Of a stretch of 64,000 nucleotides of DNA, positions 40,953 to 49,081 are shown in pieces. A program made the position numbers and the translations under genes. The DNA is from Candidatus Poseidoniales archaeon (GTDB lineage: Archaea; Thermoplasmatota; Poseidoniia; Poseidoniales; Poseidoniaceae): NCBI GenBank assembly GCA_038106355.1, contig JAYODQ010000002.1, positions 20,244-84,243 of the forward strand, written 5' to 3'. The notes beneath the pieces were generated by a model, which was given only the letters and a program-made list of their open reading frames with translations, was not told where the DNA came from and ran no database searches. How positions within the stretch are numbered: position 1 is the first letter of the stretch; every line of letters begins with the position of its first letter.

Positions 40953-42704
40953 TTAGCCTTGTAAACGATTCAAAATCTCATCGATCTTGCTCAATCGACC
41001 TTTTGCTTTCTCGACGTTTTGATAAGCTGTACTCATTGCTTCCGCTACTTCGTGCTCTGGTTCATCTTTCGATGCATGAGGTTGCTTGAATTTGGCTGCC
41101 AACGCTTTCAATTCTTGCACAATGGCGTCAACTTCTGTTTCTGAAACGACAATGCCTGGAGCAATTCTTGGAATGTCGGAGGGTGAAAGATATCCTAATT
41201 CGGCACCAATAATCCCAGCAGATGCAAGAATTCGAGGTCGCAAATTAGCGGTATTCACATCATAACCCTTCTTTTCAAGGAATCGAATTATCAGGCTTTG
41301 ATGGTTTTCATCAAAGCCATCTTCGATGGTCTCCATGACCTTTTGTACCAATTCTTCGAAGGACTCGATATTTCGTTCTAAACGCGAAATCGTTTGTTGT
41401 TCTTGTTCTGGAAAATGAACTGCCCCCTGGTGCAATATTTTCAATACTCGGTTCCGTCGTTGAATCGTGGGATCATGTAATGCTTGAGTTTCTGCGAGTT
41501 CTAAATGCAAATCAAACAAAGCATGAAGCCGTCCGGACACGCCCGGAACTCGAAGGTCAAGGCCATGATCTCTACCCAATTTTTCAAATTCCACCCTTGC
41601 TTTCACCACATCTTTAGCATGGAGCGCGAGGATATTTTCGAGTTGATCTCGAAGAAGACCTCTCATGCTCTCAAACCTGCGCAAGGCTTCTCGTTCTGCC
41701 CATGAATCGGGTCTGCTCGAAATTTTCTGGTCTTCTTGCCGAATTCGGAAGTCCATTTCCATGATCATGTTTCGAATTTCATGCTGAACCGCTTCGATTT
41801 CTATTGCAAATCCATGACTTTGCAATGAATGAATAAAACTCTGTAAATCATCTTCATCACTGGTTGTGCTGATGGAGAGAAAATCTCTTGCCATGGCAAA
41901 AATTTCCGCTTTCCTATCTTGAACCTCCATAAGTGCGGTTTCGATTTCGAGAGAATGATGTTGGATGATTGGTGGAGTTTGAACCATTGGTGGTACACGA
42001 ACTTCATCGATGTGGAGGTTGGCGCCCAAGTGTTCTTGAACAACCACGTCAATATCCGACCTTGTTGATGGCACAGACGAGGTTGACACCGCTGTACGCA
42101 GTTCCACTTCTTCTTCATATGTCCAATCACCGGAGTGACCCTCTACAAATTCATCAACGGTTTGTGAGACAAGTGATTGTTCTGGAATGGTGGTATGTTG
42201 TATACTGCGAACTGGGATTTTAATCTCTTCTTTTGGCCGGCGGAGACTCTTTTTTACACGGCCCCAAGCACCTTCTTGTGAAGCGAGGACACCTGCGACA
42301 CGGGCAAGTAATGCCTGCTTTGAACCGGAGAGCGGTAATTCAAATATTTTACACAGTCCGTGAAGTTCATCCCTTGTCATATCATCGAGTTTGTCAACAA
42401 TGAATTGTTTGGGGTCGTGATTCAAATGGAGATACAATCTTTGTCGTCGTGCTTTGATTGAACCTGATTTTTTTATTCCAAAGACGCCGAGTAATTCACC
42501 AAGGTCATAGTTTGACATATCCCGAATCGAGTCAATCGAAAAATCCCAATCGGATAACACGAGTTCAGAAATCAATCTCATCCTGAGTGTTTCTACCGAG
42601 CCGGACTTCAAAATCGAATACTTTGTAGCAATTTCTTTGAGGTCCTCAAATCGGGCCTGATAGAGTGTTGCTAACATATCCGCTTTGTCAAGCACCACGA
42701 CCAC
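40953..42704 (-). CDS. Hypothetical protein with three N-terminal SAP motifs and a long helical C-terminal region
   Basis: Three SAP motifs: FEDLKEIATKYSILKSGSVETLRMRLISEL; YDLGELLGVFGIKKSGSIKARRQRLYLHL; RDELHGLCKIFELPLSGSKQALLARVAGVL. About 430 aa of charged, helix-prone sequence follows. Confidence 0.7.
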   Translation of the reverse strand: MVVVLDKADMLATLYQARFEDLKEIATKYSILKSGSVETLRMRLISELVLSDWDFSIDSIRDMSNYDLGELLGVFGIKKSGSIKARRQRLYLHLNHDPKQFIVDKLDDMTRDELHGLCKIFELPLSGSKQALLARVAGVLASQEGAWGRVKKSLRRPKEEIKIPVRSIQHTTIPEQSLVSQTVDEFVEGHSGDWTYEEEVELRTAVSTSSVPSTRSDIDVVVQEHLGANLHIDEVRVPPMVQTPPIIQHHSLEIETALMEVQDRKAEIFAMARDFLSISTTSDEDDLQSFIHSLQSHGFAIEIEAVQHEIRNMIMEMDFRIRQEDQKISSRPDSWAEREALRRFESMRGLLRDQLENILALHAKDVVKARVEFEKLGRDHGLDLRVPGVSGRLHALFDLHLELAETQALHDPTIQRRNRVLKILHQGAVHFPEQEQQTISRLERNIESFEELVQKVMETIEDGFDENHQSLIIRFLEKKGYDVNTANLRPRILASAGIIGAELGYLSPSDIPRIAPGIVVSETEVDAIVQELKALAAKFKQPHASKDEPEHEVAEAMSTAYQNVEKAKGRLSKIDEILNRLQG

Positions 42705-42783
42705 TGGAGCAATTGCGGTGATTGAAGTATATGTGTTTTCGGTGTCCTAAGAAGAAAAAAGTGGCTACTTTTCTGGTAAATTC

Positions 42784-43884
42784 TCATTGCGATTCGGTTT
42801 TTTTATGAACTTCAAACAACTTTTTTCTAGCGTGTTTGTATTCCTCTGGCAGGATTTCAGGTGCCCTCTTTAATTCCTCAAAATCGGTTTGAAGTTGTTC
42901 ACATATTGTTTCAAATTCTCGAAGAATGTTGATTGAGCCTTGATGAATCGCTTCAAGTTCGACAACTTTGTAACAACCGATGGCTACTGTACCATTGTAA
43001 TTGATGGCTTCAATAAAAATTTCAATCTGAGGGCCGGAACGGATCGGTTTCTCTTCTGAGTCAATGTAAAATTTTTCAAAAAACCCATCGTTGTTTCGTT
43101 TTGATTCATTCATCAAAGTCCCTAACTTTCGTTGCTCAGCATAGATCCCAGTCACTTGCTTGAATTCATCAGCGACATGTTCATGCAACATCGTTTCAAT
43201 TCTGTACGCCAACATTGCAGATGGGTCGCAAAGTGAAGCCACTTTTTCCTCTGGAAAACCAGAACGACCTACTAACAATGTAAATCCGTGCAATGGAGGT
43301 GGGATAAAATGCTCCCGAGAACCTTTCGGAGTTTCCCTTTGTAATCCAAGAGTATGTCGACGAGAACGAATATTGAGCATCGTGTACAATGACCTTGGGA
43401 CAACATATCCGTCGATGTCTCCACTGTTTCTCATTTCTTCAATCAATAGCCATCTTTGGCGCTCGTCCGAGTTCGATGTGCCGATCACTTCAGTTGTCGT
43501 TCGAATGTTTGCATCATGTCGAACCCTCAAAAACTGTCGACGAAGTAACTCAGAATCGCAAACAATTTCGGGATTTTTGATTAAACGGTCAGGATTGTCA
43601 TCACTCACCAAAACCCATGTTGGCTCCCTCCTCGGTAGAATCCCAATGAGTGCGAAGCGTGAGTCCTCAACGGCTTTCCATTCAAGGGGACTCATCGCAA
43701 TAAGGTCACCTGTGCCCGAATCCAAGAGTTCAATCGCGTCCTCTAATGAAGGCAATTGCCTCATCAATAGATTGAGATGTTGTCCTTTTGATTCAACGGT
43801 TTGTTCTATGTGGCGGCGAACTCCATCGCCTTTGGACGCTGTTGTGAAAATGACAACCCTTTCATTTTCCTGCATCGCAGCCAC
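42784..43884 (-). CDS. Hypothetical protein with distant hydroxymethylbilane synthase (HemC)/PBP-type-2-like pattern
   Basis: By-eye parallels to HemC blocks: GDLIAMSPLEWKAV versus iDiAVHSlKDlP; LIGILPRREPTWVLVS versus ai..RedprDvlvs; SELLRRQFL versus sSlRRxaQL; IPPPLHGFTLLVGRSG versus lPAvGQGalaiE.R. Key catalytic positions differ. Low confidence in homology. Confidence 0.35.
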   Translation of the reverse strand: MAAMQENERVVIFTTASKGDGVRRHIEQTVESKGQHLNLLMRQLPSLEDAIELLDSGTGDLIAMSPLEWKAVEDSRFALIGILPRREPTWVLVSDDNPDRLIKNPEIVCDSELLRRQFLRVRHDANIRTTTEVIGTSNSDERQRWLLIEEMRNSGDIDGYVVPRSLYTMLNIRSRRHTLGLQRETPKGSREHFIPPPLHGFTLLVGRSGFPEEKVASLCDPSAMLAYRIETMLHEHVADEFKQVTGIYAEQRKLGTLMNESKRNNDGFFEKFYIDSEEKPIRSGPQIEIFIEAINYNGTVAIGCYKVVELEAIHQGSINILREFETICEQLQTDFEELKRAPEILPEEYKHARKKLFEVHKKTESQ

Positions 43885-43956
43885 CCGGCGGAAACAATGA
43901 CCCGCAATTCTTGGCGAATAACGACCGCTTAAGAAGTCGACGCATGTAGAGCGAAT

Positions 43957-44937
43957 ATGGGCGAAGATTCAGGCTATCAACAAAGAGTCGCTTCGATCCA
44001 GGAACAAATCAACACATTGCTAGAATCCCACGTTGATCATCAAATTGCTAAAGGTGCTGGTGAAGTTGCAGTCGAATCCAAAAGGGTGCTTATGGCGGGA
44101 GGAAAGAGACTTCGTCCAGTCCTTATGATGATCGCATACGAGGCCTGTGGAGGTACAAATCAAGAGGATATCATACCTCTTGCCTTAGCGTTTGAACTCA
44201 TCCATACTGCAACTCTAGTTCACGATGATATCTATGACGATGCAGGGCAACGTCGAGGTGTTGAAACCATTCATGCTTCCAAAGGACTTGCCAAAGGTGT
44301 CATTGCTGGTGATTGGTTATTTGTCCAAGGATTTGGTCTCGGTGGAAAATATGATGCAGAAATTGTAGAGCTTGTCTCAGAATATTGCTCTCAAATCGCC
44401 CAATCTGAATTTCTTCAACTCGATCGAGTGATGGACCTAAAAACATCGCCTGAAGATTACCTCAGCATTGTTCTTGGTAAAACTGCAGGGCCATTTGCAG
44501 CAGGATGTAAGGCAGCTGCAATTCTTGCAGGATGCTCTATAGAACAGCAACAACACATGCAATTGTTTGGCAGAGAACTTGGCATAGCATTTCAACTCGT
44601 TGATGATTTGCTCGACATTCGAGGAGATGAACGAATGGGTAAACCAAGGGGTGCAGATATTTACGAGGGCAAAATGACTTTGCCACTTATTCACTCACTG
44701 ACACTATCCCATGGTCAAAAACGCGAACGCCTTGCTCATTTGATTGAGCATTTTGAAGACAAATTTTTCAATGAGTTCATTGATTTGCTTAACGCAAGCG
44801 ACAGTTTGAATTATACTGAAATTCTCATACAAAACCACATCGAAAGGGCAAGGCAGGCTCTGCTTTCTATGCCTCAAAACAACGCAACTCACCTTATGTT
44901 GTGGTTAACAGAATTCATGCAACACAGAGAGGTGTGA
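43957..44937 (+). CDS. Polyprenyl (geranylgeranyl) diphosphate synthase
   Basis: First Asp-rich motif LVHDDIYDDAGQRRG and second Asp-rich motif FQLVDDLLD, plus GKRLRP. Confidence 0.9.
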   Translation: MGEDSGYQQRVASIQEQINTLLESHVDHQIAKGAGEVAVESKRVLMAGGKRLRPVLMMIAYEACGGTNQEDIIPLALAFELIHTATLVHDDIYDDAGQRRGVETIHASKGLAKGVIAGDWLFVQGFGLGGKYDAEIVELVSEYCSQIAQSEFLQLDRVMDLKTSPEDYLSIVLGKTAGPFAAGCKAAAILAGCSIEQQQHMQLFGRELGIAFQLVDDLLDIRGDERMGKPRGADIYEGKMTLPLIHSLTLSHGQKRERLAHLIEHFEDKFFNEFIDLLNASDSLNYTEILIQNHIERARQALLSMPQNNATHLMLWLTEFMQHREV

Positions 44938-44939
44938 GC

Positions 44940-46085
44940 TTGGTTAAGCGGCCCGTCATCCACCACCAAGTCATCGTAGTTGGCGCTGGACCTGCTGGTT
45001 CAGCGTGTGCTCAAAAACTTGCAGAAAATGGTCTCGACGTTCTCGTATTAGAGAGGAGAAAAATCATCGGAAATCCAGCACAATGTGGAGAATGCATACC
45101 TAATTGGGGCGAAGTTGTCCGAACCTTTTCAAACATCGAAAACGATGAATGGCTGCAAGCATACTTCGACTTCCCAACTTGGCTCAAACTTCACCGTTTG
45201 GATTTCATGAGAGTGTTCTTACCTTCTGGAAAATCTTACGGATTTGAATTGGACGCATTTGCTGGGCATCGACTTCATTTTGATGGATATCTTGCCCAGA
45301 AGGCAATGAAAGCAGGTGCGGAGATACAAACCGATACTGCTGTCACCAACATGATCTACCAATCCTCGAAAAGTCGTGATCTTCTCGTGACTAAAGATGC
45401 AAAATACTCATATGATTATCTCGTTGATGCAAGTGGTTCACTTGCTCACATGATGAGATTAAAACATGGGAAAAATCCTCAATTTCGTCCAGACGATCAA
45501 GTTCCAACAGCCTATGCACAAGTTCACGGTGATGTACCCGAAACATTCGATGTGTTCATCGGTTCAGTGGCACCTTCTGGTTATGCTTGGATTATTCCAA
45601 AAGGGCCTCATTTTGCAAATGTAGGCATTGGCGCCAGGGCTGGAAAACTTCGCCATCCAGTCAAAAAACATCTCATTGATTTTTGTGCAGACCTCAATTT
45701 GGAGATTCTATCCATCGGAGGTGGTTGGATTCCAATGGGTGGCCCAATCGCATCAATGGTTTCGGGAAATATTCTGGCTATCGGGGATGCTGCCGGACTC
45801 GTTATGCCAAGCAACGGTGGAGGTATCTCGCAAGCGATTATCTCAGGCTATTTTGCTGCCCAAAGTATCCAAGAACATTTCCTTCACGGCATACCATTAG
45901 AATCTTATCAAAAAAAGGTTGAAGATTCAATGGGCAGGGCTCTTAAAAATTCATTGAGGACAAAAAATATGGGTTATACATTTCTAAGAGGTGATGTGAT
46001 GACTGAACTGGTTTTGCGAACATTGGGTCCGATTGGGGGAATTAAGAGAGCGATGGAATGCGACAAACCTCTCTTCATCTTGTAA
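44940..46085 (+). CDS. Geranylgeranyl reductase family flavoprotein
   Basis: VIVVGAGPAGSACAQKLAENGLDVLVLER (FAD fold) and ILAIGDAAGLVMPSNGGGI. The start is uncertain: TTG 44940 lies 5 nt after GAGGTG, with alternatives at GTG 44934 or GTG 44901. Confidence 0.85.
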   Translation: MVKRPVIHHQVIVVGAGPAGSACAQKLAENGLDVLVLERRKIIGNPAQCGECIPNWGEVVRTFSNIENDEWLQAYFDFPTWLKLHRLDFMRVFLPSGKSYGFELDAFAGHRLHFDGYLAQKAMKAGAEIQTDTAVTNMIYQSSKSRDLLVTKDAKYSYDYLVDASGSLAHMMRLKHGKNPQFRPDDQVPTAYAQVHGDVPETFDVFIGSVAPSGYAWIIPKGPHFANVGIGARAGKLRHPVKKHLIDFCADLNLEILSIGGGWIPMGGPIASMVSGNILAIGDAAGLVMPSNGGGISQAIISGYFAAQSIQEHFLHGIPLESYQKKVEDSMGRALKNSLRTKNMGYTFLRGDVMTELVLRTLGPIGGIKRAMECDKPLFIL

Positions 46086-46145
46086 CGTTCAATTGACCCC
46101 ATATTCAAGCGATTGCTTGAAGTCCTTCGGCGAGTAGGCCTTTAC

Positions 46146-46634
46146 ATGGGCAGGGCATGTCGTGATGAGGATGCCGTAAGCCCAGTTATTGCAACTGTAC
46201 TGCTTCTCGCCATCACAGTGATGCTCTCGAGCATGGTATTTGTCATGATGCAAGGCGCTTTAACCACCACGAACAAGGCGCCCCCTCAAGCAACTGTTAG
46301 TGTTCGTGCCCTCGACAATGGCTTCCATGTCGTTCGAATCACGTCACTTGACCAAAGTATCGACCCGATGCGACTCCAGTACACTTTGGCACCAATGAAC
46401 ACCTCAGCGGGTCAAACACTTGATGGACGAATTGGCGATGCTGATGTCTACGGTGTGATCGGCACAAACATATCATTCCAAGACCGTGATGCAGGCTATT
46501 CCGTTTCGCAGGGTGATTATATTGTCATCGATTCACAAAATATCGGCTCAACAGATGGCAAGTGGCAATTCACACTTGTGGACCTATCCTCAAATGCGGT
46601 GATTGTTCGAGTCAATTTGCCTGCAATGATGTGA
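46146..46634 (+). CDS. Archaeal type IV pilin-like protein (class III signal peptide, DUF1628-type)
   Basis: MGRACRDEDAVSPVIATVLLLAITVMLSSMVFVMM has a short charged leader, AVSPVI, then a hydrophobic helix. The ORF opens at 46113. Confidence 0.75.
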   Translation: MGRACRDEDAVSPVIATVLLLAITVMLSSMVFVMMQGALTTTNKAPPQATVSVRALDNGFHVVRITSLDQSIDPMRLQYTLAPMNTSAGQTLDGRIGDADVYGVIGTNISFQDRDAGYSVSQGDYIVIDSQNIGSTDGKWQFTLVDLSSNAVIVRVNLPAMM

Positions 46635-47633
46635 TTATCCTCCAATAAAGGACATCTCCGGTTTTTTCAGGGCTTCTGTATCACTCGTTCGTTGTTCTGA
46701 ATAACGGTCTTTTCTTTTCAACCAAATGCTTGAAAAAAAATCTTGAACATCTTGTGGATGATTTCGTATGACTTCTTTCATATCATGAAATTGGTCTGAA
46801 AATAGACAGGTATACAATCGGCCATTCGCGGAAATTCTAATGCGGCCACACGTTGAACAAAATGGGTTAGAAACCGATTCTATGCATCCAAACGTGTATC
46901 CATCAGGCAGTTTCCATCGCTTAGCTACCGCTGAAGTACGATGGTCGATGGTTTGAAGAAAGCCGTACTTCGATGCAATGATGTCTCGTATTTCTTGTCC
47001 TGTCACGACTTCATCGATGTTCCATTGATTTGTTTGGCCGACATCCATGAACTCAATGAATCGGATTTCCACATCCATAGATTTCATTGTTTCAAGCAAA
47101 GGAATAATCTGATTTTCATTCACTCCTTTTCGAACCACTGTGTTTACTTTGACTGGAATGTTCAAAGATTTGCAAAGTTGAATTCCCTCTAACACATCTG
47201 CAGGAGAAAATAATTCAGAATCAGCCATGTTTTGGAAAACGTCCTGGTCAAGTGCATCAAGGCTGACCGTCACCCTCGAGAGGCCATGCTCAACAAATCT
47301 AGGCAAAGCCTGTTTCAAGAGCACCCCATTGGTTGTTATGGCAATATCCAAGTCATTGGAAATGGAACGAAGTAAACCAACCAAAAGATGAGCATCTTTT
47401 CGGAGGAATGGCTCTCCCCCAGTTAATCGAACCTTCTTTAATCCAAAGGGCAAAAGTTGACTGACGAAAAATTGCAATTCCTCAAAACTTAACAATTCAT
47501 TCCGAGGTAAAAATGCGTAATCATGTCCGTAAACAGACCTTGGCATACAATATGTGCATCGAAAATTGCATCGGTCGGTGAGGGAAATACGGATGTCTTC
47601 AAGCGGCCTTTGTAGCAAATCAAAGACGGCCAT
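46635..47633 (-). CDS. moaA: GTP 3',8-cyclase MoaA (radical SAM)
   Basis: SLTDRCNFRCTYCMP (CxxxCxxC), LTGGEPFLR, and a C-terminal CSTCGRIRISANGRLYTCLF second-cluster region. Confidence 0.92.
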   Translation of the reverse strand: MAVFDLLQRPLEDIRISLTDRCNFRCTYCMPRSVYGHDYAFLPRNELLSFEELQFFVSQLLPFGLKKVRLTGGEPFLRKDAHLLVGLLRSISNDLDIAITTNGVLLKQALPRFVEHGLSRVTVSLDALDQDVFQNMADSELFSPADVLEGIQLCKSLNIPVKVNTVVRKGVNENQIIPLLETMKSMDVEIRFIEFMDVGQTNQWNIDEVVTGQEIRDIIASKYGFLQTIDHRTSAVAKRWKLPDGYTFGCIESVSNPFCSTCGRIRISANGRLYTCLFSDQFHDMKEVIRNHPQDVQDFFSSIWLKRKDRYSEQRTSDTEALKKPEMSFIGG

Positions 47634-47757
47634 ACCCCCTCGAAGCGTTTATCTCATTTCAAGTTAAAGAGCAAGGGTTCTTGACGATGAGATGATTGAG
47701 GAACACATGGCCGAAGGATGGAAACGTCGTTGGAAACCTTCGGGGAAAAAAAGCAAA

Positions 47758-49080
47758 ATGAGTTTGATTCCTGTTTTGGAAGTGCAACCCTTTCGACCTT
47801 CATCCCAAATGAAATGGGAACTTCCAATTTCCAAAAGTCATGCAATTCGATTTCTGATCATGGCATCTCAATCAAACGATATTGTATCGTTTTCAAACAT
47901 GAAAAACGCTGGAGAGGACATTATTGCCGTGAAAGATTGTTTGTCTCAACTCGGTGTCGAAATAGAAGAAACAGATGACAGATGGATTGTACATGGTGTA
48001 GGTCCTCATGGTTTTCAGCCATCGAAAACCGTGCTTAACGCGCGAAATTCAGGTGTCACCTTTCGTTGCATGGTTGCTCTATCCTCTCGAATTGATGGAA
48101 TTTCAATGGTGGATGGGGACGCAAGCCTGAGGAAAAGGCCTCATGGTGAATTAATCGATTCCCTTTCACAACTGAATATCGATGTTTCCTTCGGAACGAT
48201 GGATGAGTCCTTACCTCTTCTTTTCCATGGAAAACCGCATACGACGAGTATATTGCAGGTTGATGGTTCCAGATCAAGTCAACCAATTACAGCTTGGATT
48301 TGTGCTTCACCCGGTTTCACCAATGGGCTTACCATTCATACGCAAGGAGACCTGGTGTCCACTCGACACAGCGACCTTTCGATTGAACTTGCAAGGATGC
48401 TTGGTGCTTGCGTCGAACAAAAAGACAACCAAATCATTATTCATCCATGGACTCCATCATTCAAGGGGGATTTATCATCCATCAAAGTTCCATCCGATGC
48501 ATCGATGATGAGTTTTGCAATGCTCACTGCAAAAGCATTGAATGCGTCCATTGAGATTGCAAATTTACCCACGAAGGACCAGAGTATCGGTCATGAAATT
48601 TTGACAGAGTTCGCTCAACAATTTGGACTTACTTTCAGTGCTGGTCAAATCAAGAATTCCGATTCTGGTGGGTTTGCACAAATCGACCTTCGAAATGCCA
48701 ACGACCTCATCACGCCGATTTCAGCAATCCTTGCATTATCTTCTGGAGGAAAAATCTCCTCAATTAGCCATGCGGCATACAAAGAAAGCAATCGGATCGT
48801 TTCAACGATGCACCTTCTCGAACAATTTGGATTGAAATCTACCTTTACCAATGATGTCCTTGAAGTGAAAGGTCAGCAACAGCTTACCTCGCCAAACGAC
48901 ATCGTAAAGACGTTCGGTGACCACAGAATTCAGATGACAGCTATGATTCTCGCCCTTGCTTGTGACGCGAAAGTTCAAGTCGAAGGTACTGCATTGCATC
49001 GTGTTGCTGATGCGGATGCTGTCGATCGGTTCATTCGAGCAGGTGCCCAAATTTCCATGGAGTTGTACGACCCCAACTAA
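47758..49080 (+). CDS. aroA: 3-phosphoshikimate 1-carboxyvinyltransferase (EPSP synthase)
   Basis: LPISKSHAIRFLIMAS, ARNSGVTFRCMVAL, LRKRPHGELIDSL, GDHRIQMTAMILAL. The ORF opens at 47692; ATG 47758 (MSLIPVLEV) gives the usual N-terminal spacing. Confidence 0.88.
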   Translation: MSLIPVLEVQPFRPSSQMKWELPISKSHAIRFLIMASQSNDIVSFSNMKNAGEDIIAVKDCLSQLGVEIEETDDRWIVHGVGPHGFQPSKTVLNARNSGVTFRCMVALSSRIDGISMVDGDASLRKRPHGELIDSLSQLNIDVSFGTMDESLPLLFHGKPHTTSILQVDGSRSSQPITAWICASPGFTNGLTIHTQGDLVSTRHSDLSIELARMLGACVEQKDNQIIIHPWTPSFKGDLSSIKVPSDASMMSFAMLTAKALNASIEIANLPTKDQSIGHEILTEFAQQFGLTFSAGQIKNSDSGGFAQIDLRNANDLITPISAILALSSGGKISSISHAAYKESNRIVSTMHLLEQFGLKSTFTNDVLEVKGQQQLTSPNDIVKTFGDHRIQMTAMILALACDAKVQVEGTALHRVADADAVDRFIRAGAQISMELYDPN

Positions 49081-49081
49081 T

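Noticed and set aside
43160-43900. A 246-aa plus-strand ORF fully antisense to the 366-aa gene at 42784-43884.
   Set aside because: The translation is Ser/Arg/Cys-rich with no motifs. The minus-strand product has normal composition, domain-like blocks and fits the flanking gene spacing. It is most likely a shadow ORF.
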